From: Euprymna scolopes
Lineage: Eukaryota
Assembly: GCA_053919585.1 (NCBI GenBank)
Contig: CM132805.1
DNA length: 64,000 nt
Strand: one strand, 5' to 3'
Shown here: positions 12,061 to 24,594 of the stretch, piece by piece
Layout: the number at the start of each line of letters is the position of its first letter
Numbering within the stretch: the first letter of the stretch is position 1
Notes under the pieces: model-generated
What the model saw: the letters and a program-made list of their open reading frames with translations, nothing else
The model's database searches: none
Told to the model about the DNA's origin: nothing
Translations under genes and position numbers: made by a program

Positions 12061-12534
12061 AAATAGAGGCTTTTTCTATTTCTTAATTGAACTCTGGCGC
12101 AAATGAATTTCGCTGTTTGATTCATCATTTTATATATGGCTTGGATTATGTTGCGTCGTTAGTGTTTGAATATCTGGTTATTTTAATAGACGCAGCTTAA
12201 ACCACGTATGATTAACATAATTTTAAGTTGACTAGTAGGCCGTCCGGCATTGCCCGGTCATAAAATACGCTTAAATATGTTAGTTTGATAATTTCAGATT
12301 TGGTATTTATTATTATTATTGGCTCATATTGAGTTTTCACACAAGTCAGCAAACGATCGGTTTGGAGACCTGTGGTGTACTCTGGAAGCTGAGTGACAAC
12401 AAGTCTCCTCAGATGTCCAGCTCTCTCCACCTCCTTCGATAGCATTTGCAAATAAATTTGCGTCATCGCAACAGCCTCATACCATTGATTTCTCGCTGGT
12501 AGTCGCTATTGGTTTATACTGGAATTTGAGTGGT

Positions 12535-12695
12535 ACTAAGCCTCCCCACGATCCCAGTTCTCTTCGCGCTTGTCCAGCGGAGGTCTGGCCAGCGCTCTCT
12601 CCTTGGTCTTGCTATCATCCTTGACCCTTCTCGGCTCTTTGGTATCACTTTTCTATTGGGGGGTGATGAAACAATGGGGGGATGCATGATGGTTG
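12535..12695. repeat. Unclassified interspersed repeat, second copy at 52582-52745
   Basis: gatcccagttctct..gcgcttgtccagc.gaggtctgg...ccttctcggc.ctttggtatcacttt is shared by two non-paralogous positions. Confidence 0.65.
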
Positions 12696-12711
12696 TGTGG
12701 AACTTGTAGAT

Positions 12712-12850
12712 ATGCAGTTTTCCATTCCAAATTCCATTTGGATATCTTGGCTGAAGATCCTGGTAGTGTTAATTAGTGTCTGTAGCTCCTTTTCGGTCCT
12801 TGCAAAAAGTTTCAGATCGTCCATGTACATCAGGTGGTTCATTTTTTTCC
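12712..12850 (-). mobile_element. RT fragment of an R4/Dong-like non-LTR retrotransposon
   Basis: NHLMYMDDLKLFARTEKELQTLINTTRIFSQDIQMEFGMENC contains the YMDD catalytic motif and sits next to an (ATT)n run at 12869-12932. Clade assignment is from recalled motif similarity. Confidence 0.7.
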
Positions 12851-12867
12851 TCTGTATTGGAGAACTT

Positions 12868-12932
<65 letters not shown>

Positions 12933-13524
12933 TTAAAAGTTAAAAAAATGACTCGTGCGCCACCACCGAGAACCAAAACCAAAACGGTTAGCTTGCGATT
13001 TATTTTTCCTTTGACGATATTGTTTGAGCTATGAAGATATGTTTGCTACAGGGCTAAAAATTAAAACATGAACCAATAGCTATTTTGTTACGCATGGATC
13101 TTAATGCCATCGTTCAACCTTCTACCTGGCAAATTCCTTTTTTTTTTTTTACACTTTTGCACAGATTTTCCCAGGCAAGACCCCAAATATAATATTTCCC
13201 ATGGGTTCGAATGCCCTATATATTAAGTTTTATGTCTGTAGATCAAAAACTGACGGAGTAGTTTGGTAGGCGAAATTTTTTAAACAAAAGCATCTATGCA
13301 TGCATAAATATATATAGAAAGAGGTTTGTGTTTACTATAACTTTTTAAGGCAAATATTACGCAAGAATAAATCATATAGAATATCTGCATGAATATAATT
13401 ATACGTAATAGTTAGGCGATAAAAAAAAATGAAAAAATTAATAGGGAATTAATTAAAATGAATGTTTAAAAGAATGTGCAAACTAGCTAGGTCTTTTGCA
13501 GATGAATGCAATTTAACGGCCCAT

Positions 13525-13589
<65 letters not shown>

Positions 13590-13596
<7 letters not shown>

Positions 13597-13985
13597 AGTC
13601 ATCGACATACAGTCCTGTTTAGTTGTATCACAACTCATCAGTGCCGCTAGACTAGCATCTCTCCCAAGCCAAGGATTGACCCTAGAACCGTCGTGTTGAC
13701 AGTCGGAAGTTCTCCCACTCGACCACAGAAGAAACGCTCGCAAATAACTCGTCGGAATGTCTATTTAAATAGATACCCGCCACCACGTTTACAGTGCTCA
13801 AACCGCCTGTTTGTAAACAAACAAACAACGAGCTTCGCATTTTTCAGCCAATTAAGTAGCGGGTGAGATTATTTACGACAGTGCTCTACCCAAAGAGGGG
13901 GGCTTAAAATATATTTGTAGTCATCGACATACAGTCCTGTTTCGTTGTATCACAACTCATCAGTGCCGATAGACTAGCATGTCTC

Positions 13986-13988
<3 letters not shown>
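13590..13988 (-). mobile_element. Retrozyme-like repeat: 322-bp monomer bounded by two hammerhead motifs, with an internal tRNA-like segment
   Basis: Direct repeats of ~77 bp at 13590 and 13912. The minus strand of 13663-13735 has A-box-like tggtcgagtgg and B-box-like gggtcaatcc. Flanked by (TA)n on both sides. Confidence 0.75.
13923..13970 (-). ncRNA. Type I hammerhead ribozyme, intact core
   Basis: Minus strand atcggca-CTGATGA-gttgt gat acaac-GAAA-cag ga ct-GTA-tgtcgat: all three stems pair, cleavage triplet GUA. The sister copy at 13601-13648 has GAAA changed to TAAA. Confidence 0.85.
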
Positions 13989-14047
<59 letters not shown>

Positions 14048-14050
<3 letters not shown>

Positions 14051-14570
14051 TACTAGCTTCTATAACACTGCTAGACACTAGTAGATATTCAAACAACGCT
14101 AGACACTACTAGTTTCTCAAACAACGCTACAAACTAGAAACTTGTCAGACAACGCTACAAACTACCAGCTTCTTAAACACTGCTAACTTCTCAAATAACG
14201 TTAGATACTACTAGCTTTTCCAGAAGTGCTAGACACTACTAGCTTCTCACACAACGCTGGACACAACTATCCTCTCAAACAACGTTGGAAACTAATAGCT
14301 TCTCAAACTATGCACTACTAGTGTCTAAAACAATGCTAGACACTTTTAACTTCTCAAACACTGCCGAACACTACTAGCTTCTCAAACAACCAAAGGCACT
14401 ATATGCTTCTCAAACAACGCAAGACACTAGCAGCTTCTCAAACACTGCTGGACACTACTAGCTTCTATTACAACGATAAACACTTCTAGCTTCTTAAACA
14501 CTGTTAGAAACTACTAGCTTCTCAATGTTAGATTATACTAGCTTCTCAATCACTGCTGTACACTACCTGT
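14048..14570. repeat. Degenerate ~28-bp tandem repeat (acactactagcttctcaaacaacgctag)
   Basis: Diverged units. The start aligns with 40654 onward; same family as 34580-34950 and 39400-40842. Confidence 0.85.
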
Positions 14571-15600
14571 GTAATGTTATGACCCTTTAGGCTGTGATCA
14601 TAGCGTAGTATCTGTGTTAACTATGGCAANNNNNNNNNNNNNNNNNNNNNNNNNNNNNNNNNNNNNNNNNNNNNNNNNNNNNNNNNNNNNNNNNNNNNNN
14701 NNNNNNNNNNNNNNNNNNNNNNNNNNNNNNNNNNNNNNNNNNNNNNNNNNNNNNNNNNNNNNNNNNNNNNNNNNNNNNNNNNNNNNGGTCGCTGGAGCAA
14801 TTATTATGATTAGAAGAATAAACAATTAAATTAGGAAAAGATGACTGACATATAAATCGCAAAAGGAATGTGAAAATAGAAAATAGATGTAAACACTATT
14901 TTGGGGATTGCATAAACAAATAACTAGATCGGGGACATTAGGTTGGCCTGAGAACGTAATGATGTGACGTAAAGAAACTCGTGATGTATGTAGATTTGGA
15001 GAGATTCTAGTCAGTCGTTAGCTGGACATCGGATAGGACGGACAACTCCAGATGACGTTGGAAGCGGCGTCACTTCGGACAGTCAAGATGTAAGAACGTG
15101 TAATCTCTGAAAATGCCGGCCAGATCATGAGAATAAATGTTCATAAATAATGCAGGTATGTGTTGTATTATTTGTCTGCAACTGTTTCGATACGTCCACG
15201 TCAATCGTTTCCTGTTAGAACTGTTCCATAAATATTAAAATATACACACTAGGCGATCAACTAAATGATACGACGTATATATACATACACGCATTTACAC
15301 GTACACGAATATACAGAGGATTGAAATCTGGCGTGCTGGCATCCCCAAAAAGAATTACCCGGCCATTAGTATGCAAAATAAAAAAAACTAGAGATAATAG
15401 TTAATAAAGCCTGTCCCATGTCAAGAATGAGTTTCTTCATAATAACGTACTATTTAGAAAAGCATAAGGAGGTATTTCTTTTAACTATTTTGTACCTTTC
15501 GTCTTTGAAAAAATGTTCATATTTTTTTCTCAAAATTATACACAGTTGGTCGATTATTAGAGTGATTTGTGTTACCGTAAAAGAAAAACAAATTACAGAT

Positions 15601-15621
15601 ACTACTACGACTACTACTACG

Positions 15622-15691
<70 letters not shown>

Positions 15692-15692
15692 G
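15601..15692. repeat. Compound (ACT)n(AAT)n microsatellite
   Basis: Direct reading. Confidence 0.95.
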
Positions 15693-17034
15693 CAGCATCA
15701 GCAGCAAATATCTTAATCCCTTTAGCTAAATTACTTCGCCAAAATGCGATTCTACTTGTTTAAATGATTATATGGCTAAAGAAAAAAAAACAATTATTTT
15801 AAAATTTCGCGTAGGAAAACTGTTTTGCACATACAATTAACGTAAAATGATACTCATTTCTGACCCATTCTTGATTAATCGCACAAAAATCGAAAATTAA
15901 ACAAAAATTCGTACAGCATAACATTTTCTATCGATTGTTCACATTTATTTATGTTTTTCTACCGACGTTTTTTTAATTTTCACTTTTGAGCGGTTATCAG
16001 TGGTCCTTCTGCCGAGACTACTGGGTAGCCATTTTTTCAATTCTAACTCAAAGAGGAGACACTAAGTTTGTTTTGAACCAAAAATATGCGTTACAAGAAA
16101 TTTAAACACAAATAAAATCATTCAAGTATATAGAAGAGCCTTGCCTTTGGTAACATTTATTTGTTGTATATTTGTTTATCATTTATTTTTATTTTTGTCT
16201 TAATTACTATAATAAATCTCCCAATCCCATTCTTCTGTATAAGTTTGAATGTAGATATAATTTCCTTCATAATTAAGAAAATCTTGAGAATGTTTTCTCT
16301 TTATGTATCTTATCCAAGATTTTGATAAACTCAACGGAGATTTTCATCTATATTTTTCACTTGCGTCCAAAGCGAAGTGCCACGAAATTTTAATATTTCA
16401 GATGCCGATGACAGAGCACCATTGTACAGCTGGCGCCAACGAAATTTAAAAACCCCGTCTAGAGCATTTAAAACTTTTAATAATAAAGTGAACTCTCTCG
16501 GATGGAGGCATATAGACATTTAGCGAATAGATGCAAAAAGTTACAAAGGGAATAGGCAAGTTATCTCTCGATAAATGACTTATAAATAAAATAAATTAAA
16601 CTCTGAGAATCAATGTTAAATCTGTAAATGAGATTTATAACCCATTCTGCGGCCCTTCTCAGTCTTATGTTGTAAGTGAACAATAATAATAAAAAAACAG
16701 TTTGTGCTTATTTCATTTCTTATTGCAAAAAAAAAATTAAAAGAATCGGTTTGAAATCGGAAATTTTTCCGATTCCGATACCGATTCCGATACCCAAAAA
16801 AGTTCCGATATTTCCCTTTCCCGATTCCGATTCCAATTAATCGTCTCAACGCTAAAATTAATACGAGATTTCGTCTCCAGAGAGATAATGATATGTTACT
16901 GAATCTATTCAATAGCAATTATATAAACGGTAATGAAAATCAATCCGAAACCTCGATTGAGGAGATTAATTGACCATCGCTACACACCGTATCAAACACA
17001 CCGAAACAGTTGACGTACATTTTAATCAGTGAAA

Positions 17035-17098
17035 ATTAAATTCACAGTCATTTTGGTGATGTTTGTTTTTTGTTTTTGTTTTTTGTTTTTTTTGATTA
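17035..17098 (+). pseudogene. Inactivated duplicate of exon 1 (copy B)
   Basis: Aligns with 46715-46757, but ATG is changed to ATT and a (GTTTTT)n tract has expanded. The gtaagt donor and TATATAAA (16920-16927) are retained. Confidence 0.75.
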
Positions 17099-17293
17099 GT
17101 AAGTAGAAATTGATTGAAGTTTTCATATCTTATTTTTAAAGCGAAAATGTCTTCTTTTCATTTCATTTTCTTGAATCAGTATGAAACGATTTTTGACCGA
17201 TTTCATTCTTTGTTACCGGCTTGATTCTTTTAGTTAAAAATTTACAACAAAACATGTATAAAACAATGTCTGTTTCCTCAATATACTTCGATA

Positions 17294-17294
<1 letters not shown>

Positions 17295-17352
<58 letters not shown>
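17295..17352. repeat. (TG)n microsatellite
   Basis: Direct reading. Another lies at 23315-23364. Confidence 0.95.
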
Positions 17353-17354
<2 letters not shown>

Positions 17355-17766
17355 GGTATGCGTCATTATGTGTTTGCTGAAGACAAGTTTGAACATATAT
17401 CAACAACTGACAACTTCACTAATCTTATTAAAAGCAATTATTATCTTGAAATGTTAGTAAACTGAAAACGTGATATCGATTTAATCTCCGTAAAATATTT
17501 TTCATAAAACCTATAATAAATATAAAGAAACAATTGAGGTATTAATAGAAAGGGCTTGTCTTTTTATCGTTTGATCTTTTTTTGTGTGTTATTTATTCTT
17601 TTGAATAAATAATTAATTCTCTTTAATTATAAAAGAAAAAGGATTAAATAAATCTATCATTATTTGTTCAAAAAAAAAATACATTGGGTGAATAAAATGA
17701 TATGAGAATAAATCTCCAAGGAGATAATCCTTTGTTATTGAATCCATTCAATAGAAATGATGAAGA

Positions 17767-17774
17767 TATATAAA
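17767..17774 (+). promoter_or_regulatory. Candidate TATA box of copy B
   Basis: TATATAAA about 85 nt upstream of the ATG. Positionally conserved before all three exon-1 copies (16920, 17767, 46630). Confidence 0.55.
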
Positions 17775-17858
17775 CGGCCATGAAACTCAAATCAATCGCA
17801 AACCTTAATGAAGCAGATTGGTCAAATCAATCGCAATGAAGCAGATTGGAAGCAGACA

Positions 17859-17910
17859 ATGAAAAGGAAATTCGTAGCCATTTTGATGATGTTTGTCTTC
17901 TTTTCGATGA
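17859..17910 (+). CDS. Cys-rich peptide gene copy B, exon 1 (signal peptide MKRKFVAILMMFVFFSM)
   Basis: ATG...TCGATGA|gtaagt, 52 nt, phase 1 matching exon 2. Basic N-region followed by a hydrophobic core. Confidence 0.82.
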
Positions 17911-19052
17911 GTAAGTAAAAATTGATTGAAGTTTTCATATTTTATTTTCTAAGCAAAAATTAAAATATCTTATTTAATTTATTTGAATCAGTAGGAAACG
18001 ATATTTGACCAGCTTCATTCTTTGTTTAAATTGGTTTCTTCGCTTATTTCTTCGGATGAACTATTTCCAGGATGAAGATAGGATATATATTGAATCAATT
18101 TGGAAGATTTGACCGACTTGATTCTTGATTGGGTCTTCTTGACCCTGATACTTGCAAGAGGAATACTGTTTTAAGGTAACCAAACTGAAAATAAAGTTTA
18201 ACTTGAAATTGCATCCTATGCTAAGTAGAACCAACTTCCTAAAAAACATAGCCATCTAGAGATAGAGTATCTCCATCTAAAAGATGCTGAGAAAGTGATG
18301 CTCCACACATGAAAATATGTTGGACATTCAGCAGACCAATTAATTGAGGAATAGATTATTCCGACTGTCGATGGAATATGAACTTTAGGACGATCGGATA
18401 TCTCTTTTCTGTGACAATGCCAAAGATGGCTATTACTTTTCAAACAAGAAGAAAACACAAACAACATTTGCATGTAGCCAAGTAATTACTTTCTTACGGG
18501 TTGCTGCATGGACGTCCGCTAAGGATAGCTGAATACAGGATCCCCGAGTACCAAAAAAGTTCTTGAAATTTTCAAAGTCTGACTCCAATATAAGACGTTT
18601 CCTATGCTATTATTAATTTGTATGTCTACTGTGTTAGAAGCATCTCACTAAATACAATCACGAGTTGATAAACTTGATAGGAAAAGTATACAAAAAGAAA
18701 TAGCAAAAGGAATAACTATTACAGAAACGCCCACTGCTGATGGAGTGCATTTACTTTCTAAGCTTTCTTAAGGTAAACAAAACAACTTATTTTTCCGGTG
18801 TTATATTTCCAGGATTCTCTATATAAAAATCTGTTACCTGAAATAATGTTTTGGCTTATATTCTGCGGGTGGCAAATTTAGGACACGTTTGATTAATGAA
18901 AAGTGAATTGAGAAATAACTGATGTCAGTTTCTCGTTTAATTTTTTACTGCATCATCAAGATGTGATCAATCACAAAGTTTGTTTGAAGTTGAATATTTG
19001 TAAACACGTAAATGTCGATCCCCTTTTTATTCAATGTTTTTTATTAACCTTT

Positions 19053-19922
19053 ACACAGTGAAGCGATAAATTTTCGCCCTAAAGGAAACAACACTACAGC
19101 TTTATTTTAAAACTTTTATTGAAAAAGATCAATTCAGGTAACTTGTTTATGTCGTAGAGCTGACATTTATTCAATGTAGCCGCTTTCAGCCTCAATCATT
19201 GCCCGGAACTGCGAACATGCGCTTTCCATAAGCGCCGGCAGGAGCTCGGCGAATACATGAAGGATGGTGGCGATCGGGTTATTTGGTGTTATAGGATGTC
19301 ATGTTGGTGATGTTCTCGACGTATGACCAGGTCGGGGGAGTAGAGGGCCGATAAAAGAAGGATACAAAATCGTACCACCCCTTCTGAAGTCAAGCTTGGG
19401 TCCCTTTGGACTTGTGGGCCGCCGCCGAATCCTACTGCAACACTCAGAGTCTGCCAGCGGCCACCTTATTGCATCGGAAGATCACTACACTCTGCAGCAC
19501 ATTCAGATATACTTTGGTGTTGACTTTAAAACCGATTTCGAAAATGTGAGGTGGCGTGATGTGACCTTCACTTGAAAACACACCAAAGCCATAATCATGA
19601 CCGGAAATTTTGTTTTCATCATTCTGGGCACGTCAATGTTATTCATGGCAATCCAGCGATGCATTTTGAGACAGCTAGCAATGGTCTTGTTATAACTTTG
19701 ATCTGTAGAGCGCATGAATTGTACAGCGCAGCGGCGCATCTACGATCTCGCTCGTTGAATATTATGTCACTTTCAGGCGTAATACAAGGCTCCTATCGCT
19801 CGTGTACACAACTAGCCAACTATTAGATGATCTGCAACAAAAAACAAGAAAGCCAGTTTCCATTAAACGGAAATGGAATCATTCGCCATTTAAGAGCGAC
19901 AATTTTATCGTTCCACTCTGTA
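19053..19922 (-). mobile_element. Internally deleted DD37D maT-like mariner, copy B
   Basis: Both TIR-like ends present (right end gcgacaattttatcgttccactctg-ta). Degenerate transposase C-terminal half. Confidence 0.85.
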
Positions 19923-21081
19923 CTTATTAGTTACTTTATAACAAACAACAGCATATTTCTTTGGTGAATTTAACTGATTATTTGACATATTATCATGCGA
20001 CAATTGATGAAATACAGCATTTCCTTAATATTCAGAAACATAATGCTGTTCACAAAGAAGCAGAATAATTCTCGTGTGTTTATATAGCAAAGGTTTATGG
20101 CACTGGCTAGTTATTTTGTTTTATTTTATCCATTTTTTACCCTTAAATGGTTAGGAAGTCAAAAGTACCCACTATTATCGGGTATCTNNNNNNNNNNNNN
20201 NNNNNNNNNNNNNNNNNNNNNNNNNNNNNNNNNNNNNNNNNNNNNNNNNNNNNNNNNNNNNNNNNNNNNNNNNNNNNNNNNNNNNNNNNNNNNNNNNNNN
20301 NNNNNNNNNNNNNNNNNNNNNNNNNNNNNNNNNNNNNNNNNNNNNNNNCATATCTTATTTTTCTTTTATTAATATTACTGGAATTTTTTCCTTTTTTCCT
20401 TGTACACATTTTTGGAAATTTTTCCATGGACTTCTGCCTTTGGATTATTATGGACCATTTTGTTCCAATTACGGGATTTTTGGATTTTACTTGTGCAAAT
20501 GGAAATTCAATTAACTTTCTTGAAGTTATATACTTGGATTTTACCGTCACTGGATTATTTATCTTCCACCAGACTATCCATTCATGTGTAATCACCTTTT
20601 TCTTCACTATATTCCCTCTGCGTCACTTTTTTTGTTTTCAAGTAAGATCTTTGACTTACTCGTTGTTTCATCAAATACTTTTGCATGCAAAATCCGATCC
20701 CGCATTTTGCTAATTCCTACCCTCTGATGAGAAGGAAAGTATTTCTTCGAAACTCCGCGGATTAAGGACTATCCACTTATCTAGTGTTTCCTTTTCAGAT
20801 TAAATATGTTTTTAACTCATTTCAAAGTGTTTTTAACATGTTTNNNNNNNNNNNNNNNNNNNNNNNNNNNNNNNNNNNNNNNNNNNNNNNNNNNNNNNNN
20901 NNNNNNNNNNNNNNNNNNNNNNNNNNNNNNNNNNNNNNNNNNNNNNNNNNNNNNNNNNNNNNNNNNNNNNNNNNNNNNNNNNNNNNNNNNNNNNNNNNNN
21001 NNNNNNNNNNNNNNNNNNNNNNNNNNNNNNNNNNNNCTGAATTTTACTGGGTTTGTAAATTTAGTAAATTTTCATTTACCA

Positions 21082-21827
21082 ATTTTTTTTTTTTTACGTT
21101 TTCACCCCAAACAAGGCACATTGCCACTTTGGTGTAGAGGAACTACTATCAGGGGCAACAACTACTGGGATACGTCCGCACAGTTGGGGAAGCAGGGACC
21201 TGGAATGGAATTCCAAAGTCTAGCGGTTCTAGGAAAGAAACTACTGGCGTAGAAAGATCTTTTACATCTAGGGATCTCTACAGTGTGGGGGTGGGATTTA
21301 GCAGCCTGTCGGGTTTGTCGAGGGTGTTCACGTCGTGGGGGCACAAGTGTCTGCAATTCGTAAGAGCATTCACCATTAAAATATTTGTAGAACAGGCAGA
21401 TGGATGCAACGTTTTGTCGCTGGGACAGAGGCTGAATCTTAAATGCCAGTTCAGGGCCTATCAGAGGTGCGACTCACTTTTGAACTTTGTCAAGGAGCTA
21501 GAGACTAGTAGCAGATGCACCAGTCCAAATATGACAGCAATACTCCATACATGGACGAATGGTGGCCTTATAGAGGTACAGGATACTTTCAGGTGTTAGT
21601 AGTTTTCTAGCATAGTAGAGAGAGCCCACCTTCCTTGCTGCGGCCCTGGCGATGCGTTCAATGTAATTGTTCCAACTCATGTTTCCTGTGAACGTTACGC
21701 CAAGGAGTTTGAAAGATGTACTCTCAGATAAAGAGTCGTTGGGCATTGCTATAGGTGGTATAGAAGGTTTCTTGTAATTATTGAACGAAACTAGTTTAGT
21801 CTTGGCGGCATTGAACGTGACCATCCA
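21082..21827 (-). mobile_element. 5'-truncated CR1/L2-type LINE (family 2)
   Basis: ORF 21498-21824 (VTFNAAKTK, LYLYKATIRPCMEYCCHIW) and 21162-21356, with a poly-T tail. The 3' UTR differs from family 1. Confidence 0.9.
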
Positions 21828-22867
21828 TATAAATTTTAAGCCAAAGAGAGATGACTTAAATTGTAAACTACAAAATTATATTCCATAATTGAGCATTCAT
21901 ATACTGTATTAACAACACCAATACTTCAAAAAAGAAATTGATAGCAACAAAAGGTGTATTTCATTGTTAGTTCCAATTGTTTCAAGACTAATTGGACCAA
22001 TTCAAATATTATGGCGTTTGAAAATTTTCATATAACCAGCCTTTCTTCAACCTTCTTGAATAAAAAAAACACTTTAACAATATGTGTGTGTATGTGTGTG
22101 TGTGTGCTGTCTTAAAATGTAGAGAACTATCGCTGTAACAGAGCGCATATGAGCGCGTGGGAAAATATCAGCAGGAGCTGTATGTAGCGGGCTTGCGAGG
22201 AGCAGCAGTAGCCGAAAAAAGCACATATGCAAATTAGGAAGGGTGCGCGAACTGGCACAACAAGAAAATGAAAGAAGGACATCGGGTGGTTAGAGAAGAA
22301 AAGGTACGGTTGAAAAAGATGGACGCTGTCTATGGCCGATGTGTAGTGAAGCAGAAAGAAAAAAAAATAGGCGAGATGGACATGTGGCCACGCAAAGGTA
22401 GACAGAGACTCTTTGAACTGGTGTCAAGACGGGATAAAAAAAAAACTAATAAACTACTTGAGTTAAAAAAAAGAAAGAAAGAAAAGCCGAGTCGAAATTA
22501 TTTATTTTTGATTGTTTGTTCTTACGACGCTATACACTTTATATCGCCACACCTGAATAAAAACTGAGTTTATTAATGTTTTGTTTAATGTTATGTTTAC
22601 GTTTTTTTTTTATATTAACTCAACCGGAAATGAATGTGAACATGTATGTGATATTCATTTCCTTTTATTACTACTTCTTGTAATATTTATCTTTGAAAGC
22701 TCAACTAAGTACTGATTTTTTTTTTAAGTAAAATAAACTTTTATCTCAACATTTACAATTTTAGATGTTAAATTCTATTTGCTATTTATATTTCTTAAAT
22801 TGTCTTTTACGTTATTAAATTATGATTTTTTTATTAAATTATAAATTATTTTTATTCTTTTATGCAG

Positions 22868-22891
22868 TTCCTGGAATTGTCACACATCATC
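22868..22891 (+). CDS. Cys-rich peptide gene copy B, exon 2 (24-nt micro-exon, (I)PGIVTHH)
   Basis: tttattcttttatgcag|TTCCTGGAATTGTCACACATCATC|gtaagt; phase 1-1. Confidence 0.85.
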
Positions 22892-23310
22892 GTAAGTAAT
22901 AATATGTTATCCCCTTTTCTTTACAATCAATTTCTATTTTGTGATAAGCATAATAGATAACAATGTAAACAATAAAATAAGTAAAACTGAAATCCAAATA
23001 CAATGTCATGTCTTCCATTTCAGATTCTAATAAACTTTAGGAATAGATGAATCCATGATTCCCCCTCAGCAATGCGTAAATAAGAGCCGCTGTCTTAATT
23101 TTAAATCCTGTCATAGTATTGATCTTTAAATTGTGAAAATACAAGAAGGGCCCGTAAAAATCCAATCATTTGAGGCCTCCAGCGCCGCTCTGCGACTTCT
23201 AGTTTCGGAGCAGATAGAGTTTGAAAATATGGAGACTGACAGACAGACAGGCTGACAGACAGACATATAGATGTTTATATATTAGATTATAGTATTGATC
23301 TATAATAAAC

Positions 23311-23363
<53 letters not shown>

Positions 23364-23369
<6 letters not shown>

Positions 23370-23788
23370 TGAGAAGGAAAACCGAGAATTAATAAAATAG
23401 TTATCAACGTTTCGTTTCACTATTTCAGGGGACATTATCAGGATTTCGTAGAAAATATGCAGAAGAAAATGATTAAAGACCACATGCGAGTGAAAAAGGA
23501 AAAAATCCTAAAATCTGAACAGAAACTATAAATGTGCGTCAAGCCGAGTCGAATTTTATTTATTTTTTTATTTTTTATTTTATTTATTTATTTATTTATT
23601 TTTTAATTAATTTTTTTTTTTTTTGACGCATGAAAAGGATTTTAGGATTTTTTCCTTTTTTTACTCGCATGTGGTCTATAATCATTTTCTTCTGCATTTT
23701 TCCTACGAAATCCTGATAATGTCCCCTGAAATAGGGACGAAACGTTGATTACTATTTTATAAATTCTCGGTTTTCCTTCTCAAATAAC
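23364..23788. mobile_element. Inverted pair of ~150-bp Penelope-like terminal fragments, each with a minimal hammerhead-like motif
   Basis: 23364-23514 is the reverse complement of 23638-23788. The arm carries aatc-CTGATAA-t-gtccc..gggac-GAAAC-GTT-gatt (23709-23750). Confidence 0.7.
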
Positions 23789-23831
23789 ATAACGTCAACC
23801 ATCACTTGTATTTATTTTTATTTTATTTTTA

Positions 23832-23891
<60 letters not shown>

Positions 23892-24315
23892 GCCCCTTCA
23901 ACGATTCGTAAATAACAGCTGCTGTCTTAATCTTAAAGCCTACTTAAACCATTATATTATTGATGTATAAACTGTGAAAATATTTTTCTAATAATGTCTA
24001 GGAATTTATAAAAGACTATGTGTAGAGTAAAAGTAATAGTATTTTATCCTATTTCCCCTACAATCAAATTCTATAATGATAGGCATAATGGATAACAATG
24101 TAAACAAGGAAATAAGTTAACTTGAATCCAAATATAATCGCATAAAAAGTAGAAGCTGCTGTTCAAGAATAGTTGTGTAAAAAAAAGTATTCAATTTCAT
24201 AATTGAAGAACATAAGTTTGATATGCTGTAAAACTAAATAACTTACCATCCTCTATAATATAAATCTCACCTGTCTGTTTAAATCTGTGTATGTATGTAT
24301 GTATGTATGTATGTA

Positions 24316-24594
24316 CAGGGTGGCCGAAAAGTCCCAGGACACTATACATGTATTTTTAATAAAACACAGTATTTTTTAATGAAACACACAGAAAACATAT
24401 ATATTCAACAAAAAAAGAAAACTTTATTAGAAACAAAGCAGAAAACAACTAGAGTAATTTAGTGGTCTAGGGGATCAGTATGTTGGCCCTCGTTGTTCTT
24501 GCACAATTCCATCATATTTAACAGCATTAAAATATTAAAAATAGAGTGTCCTGGGACTTTTCGGCCAGTGTCCTGGGACTTTTCGGCCATCCTG
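24316..24594. mobile_element. Tc1/mariner-type MITE
   Basis: TIR cagggtggccgaaaagtcccaggacact at both ends (partly duplicated on the right), TA flanks, inserted in a (TATG)n run. Confidence 0.9.

Noticed and set aside
12626-12642. U2 snRNA 5' end similarity (cttctcggc.ctttgg)
   Set aside because: About 17 nt only, with no following branch-site recognition sequence.
13663-13735. Genuine tRNA gene
   Set aside because: The acceptor and T stems do not pair well, and it lies inside a hammerhead-bounded repeat.
16628-16671. ATG...|gtaagt segment encoding MRFITHSAALLSLML (also at 46328) as the signal exon
   Set aside because: It is phase 2 and cannot join the phase-1 exon 2, the donor is weaker in copy C, and better phase-1 signal exons lie downstream. 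It could still be a minor upstream exon.
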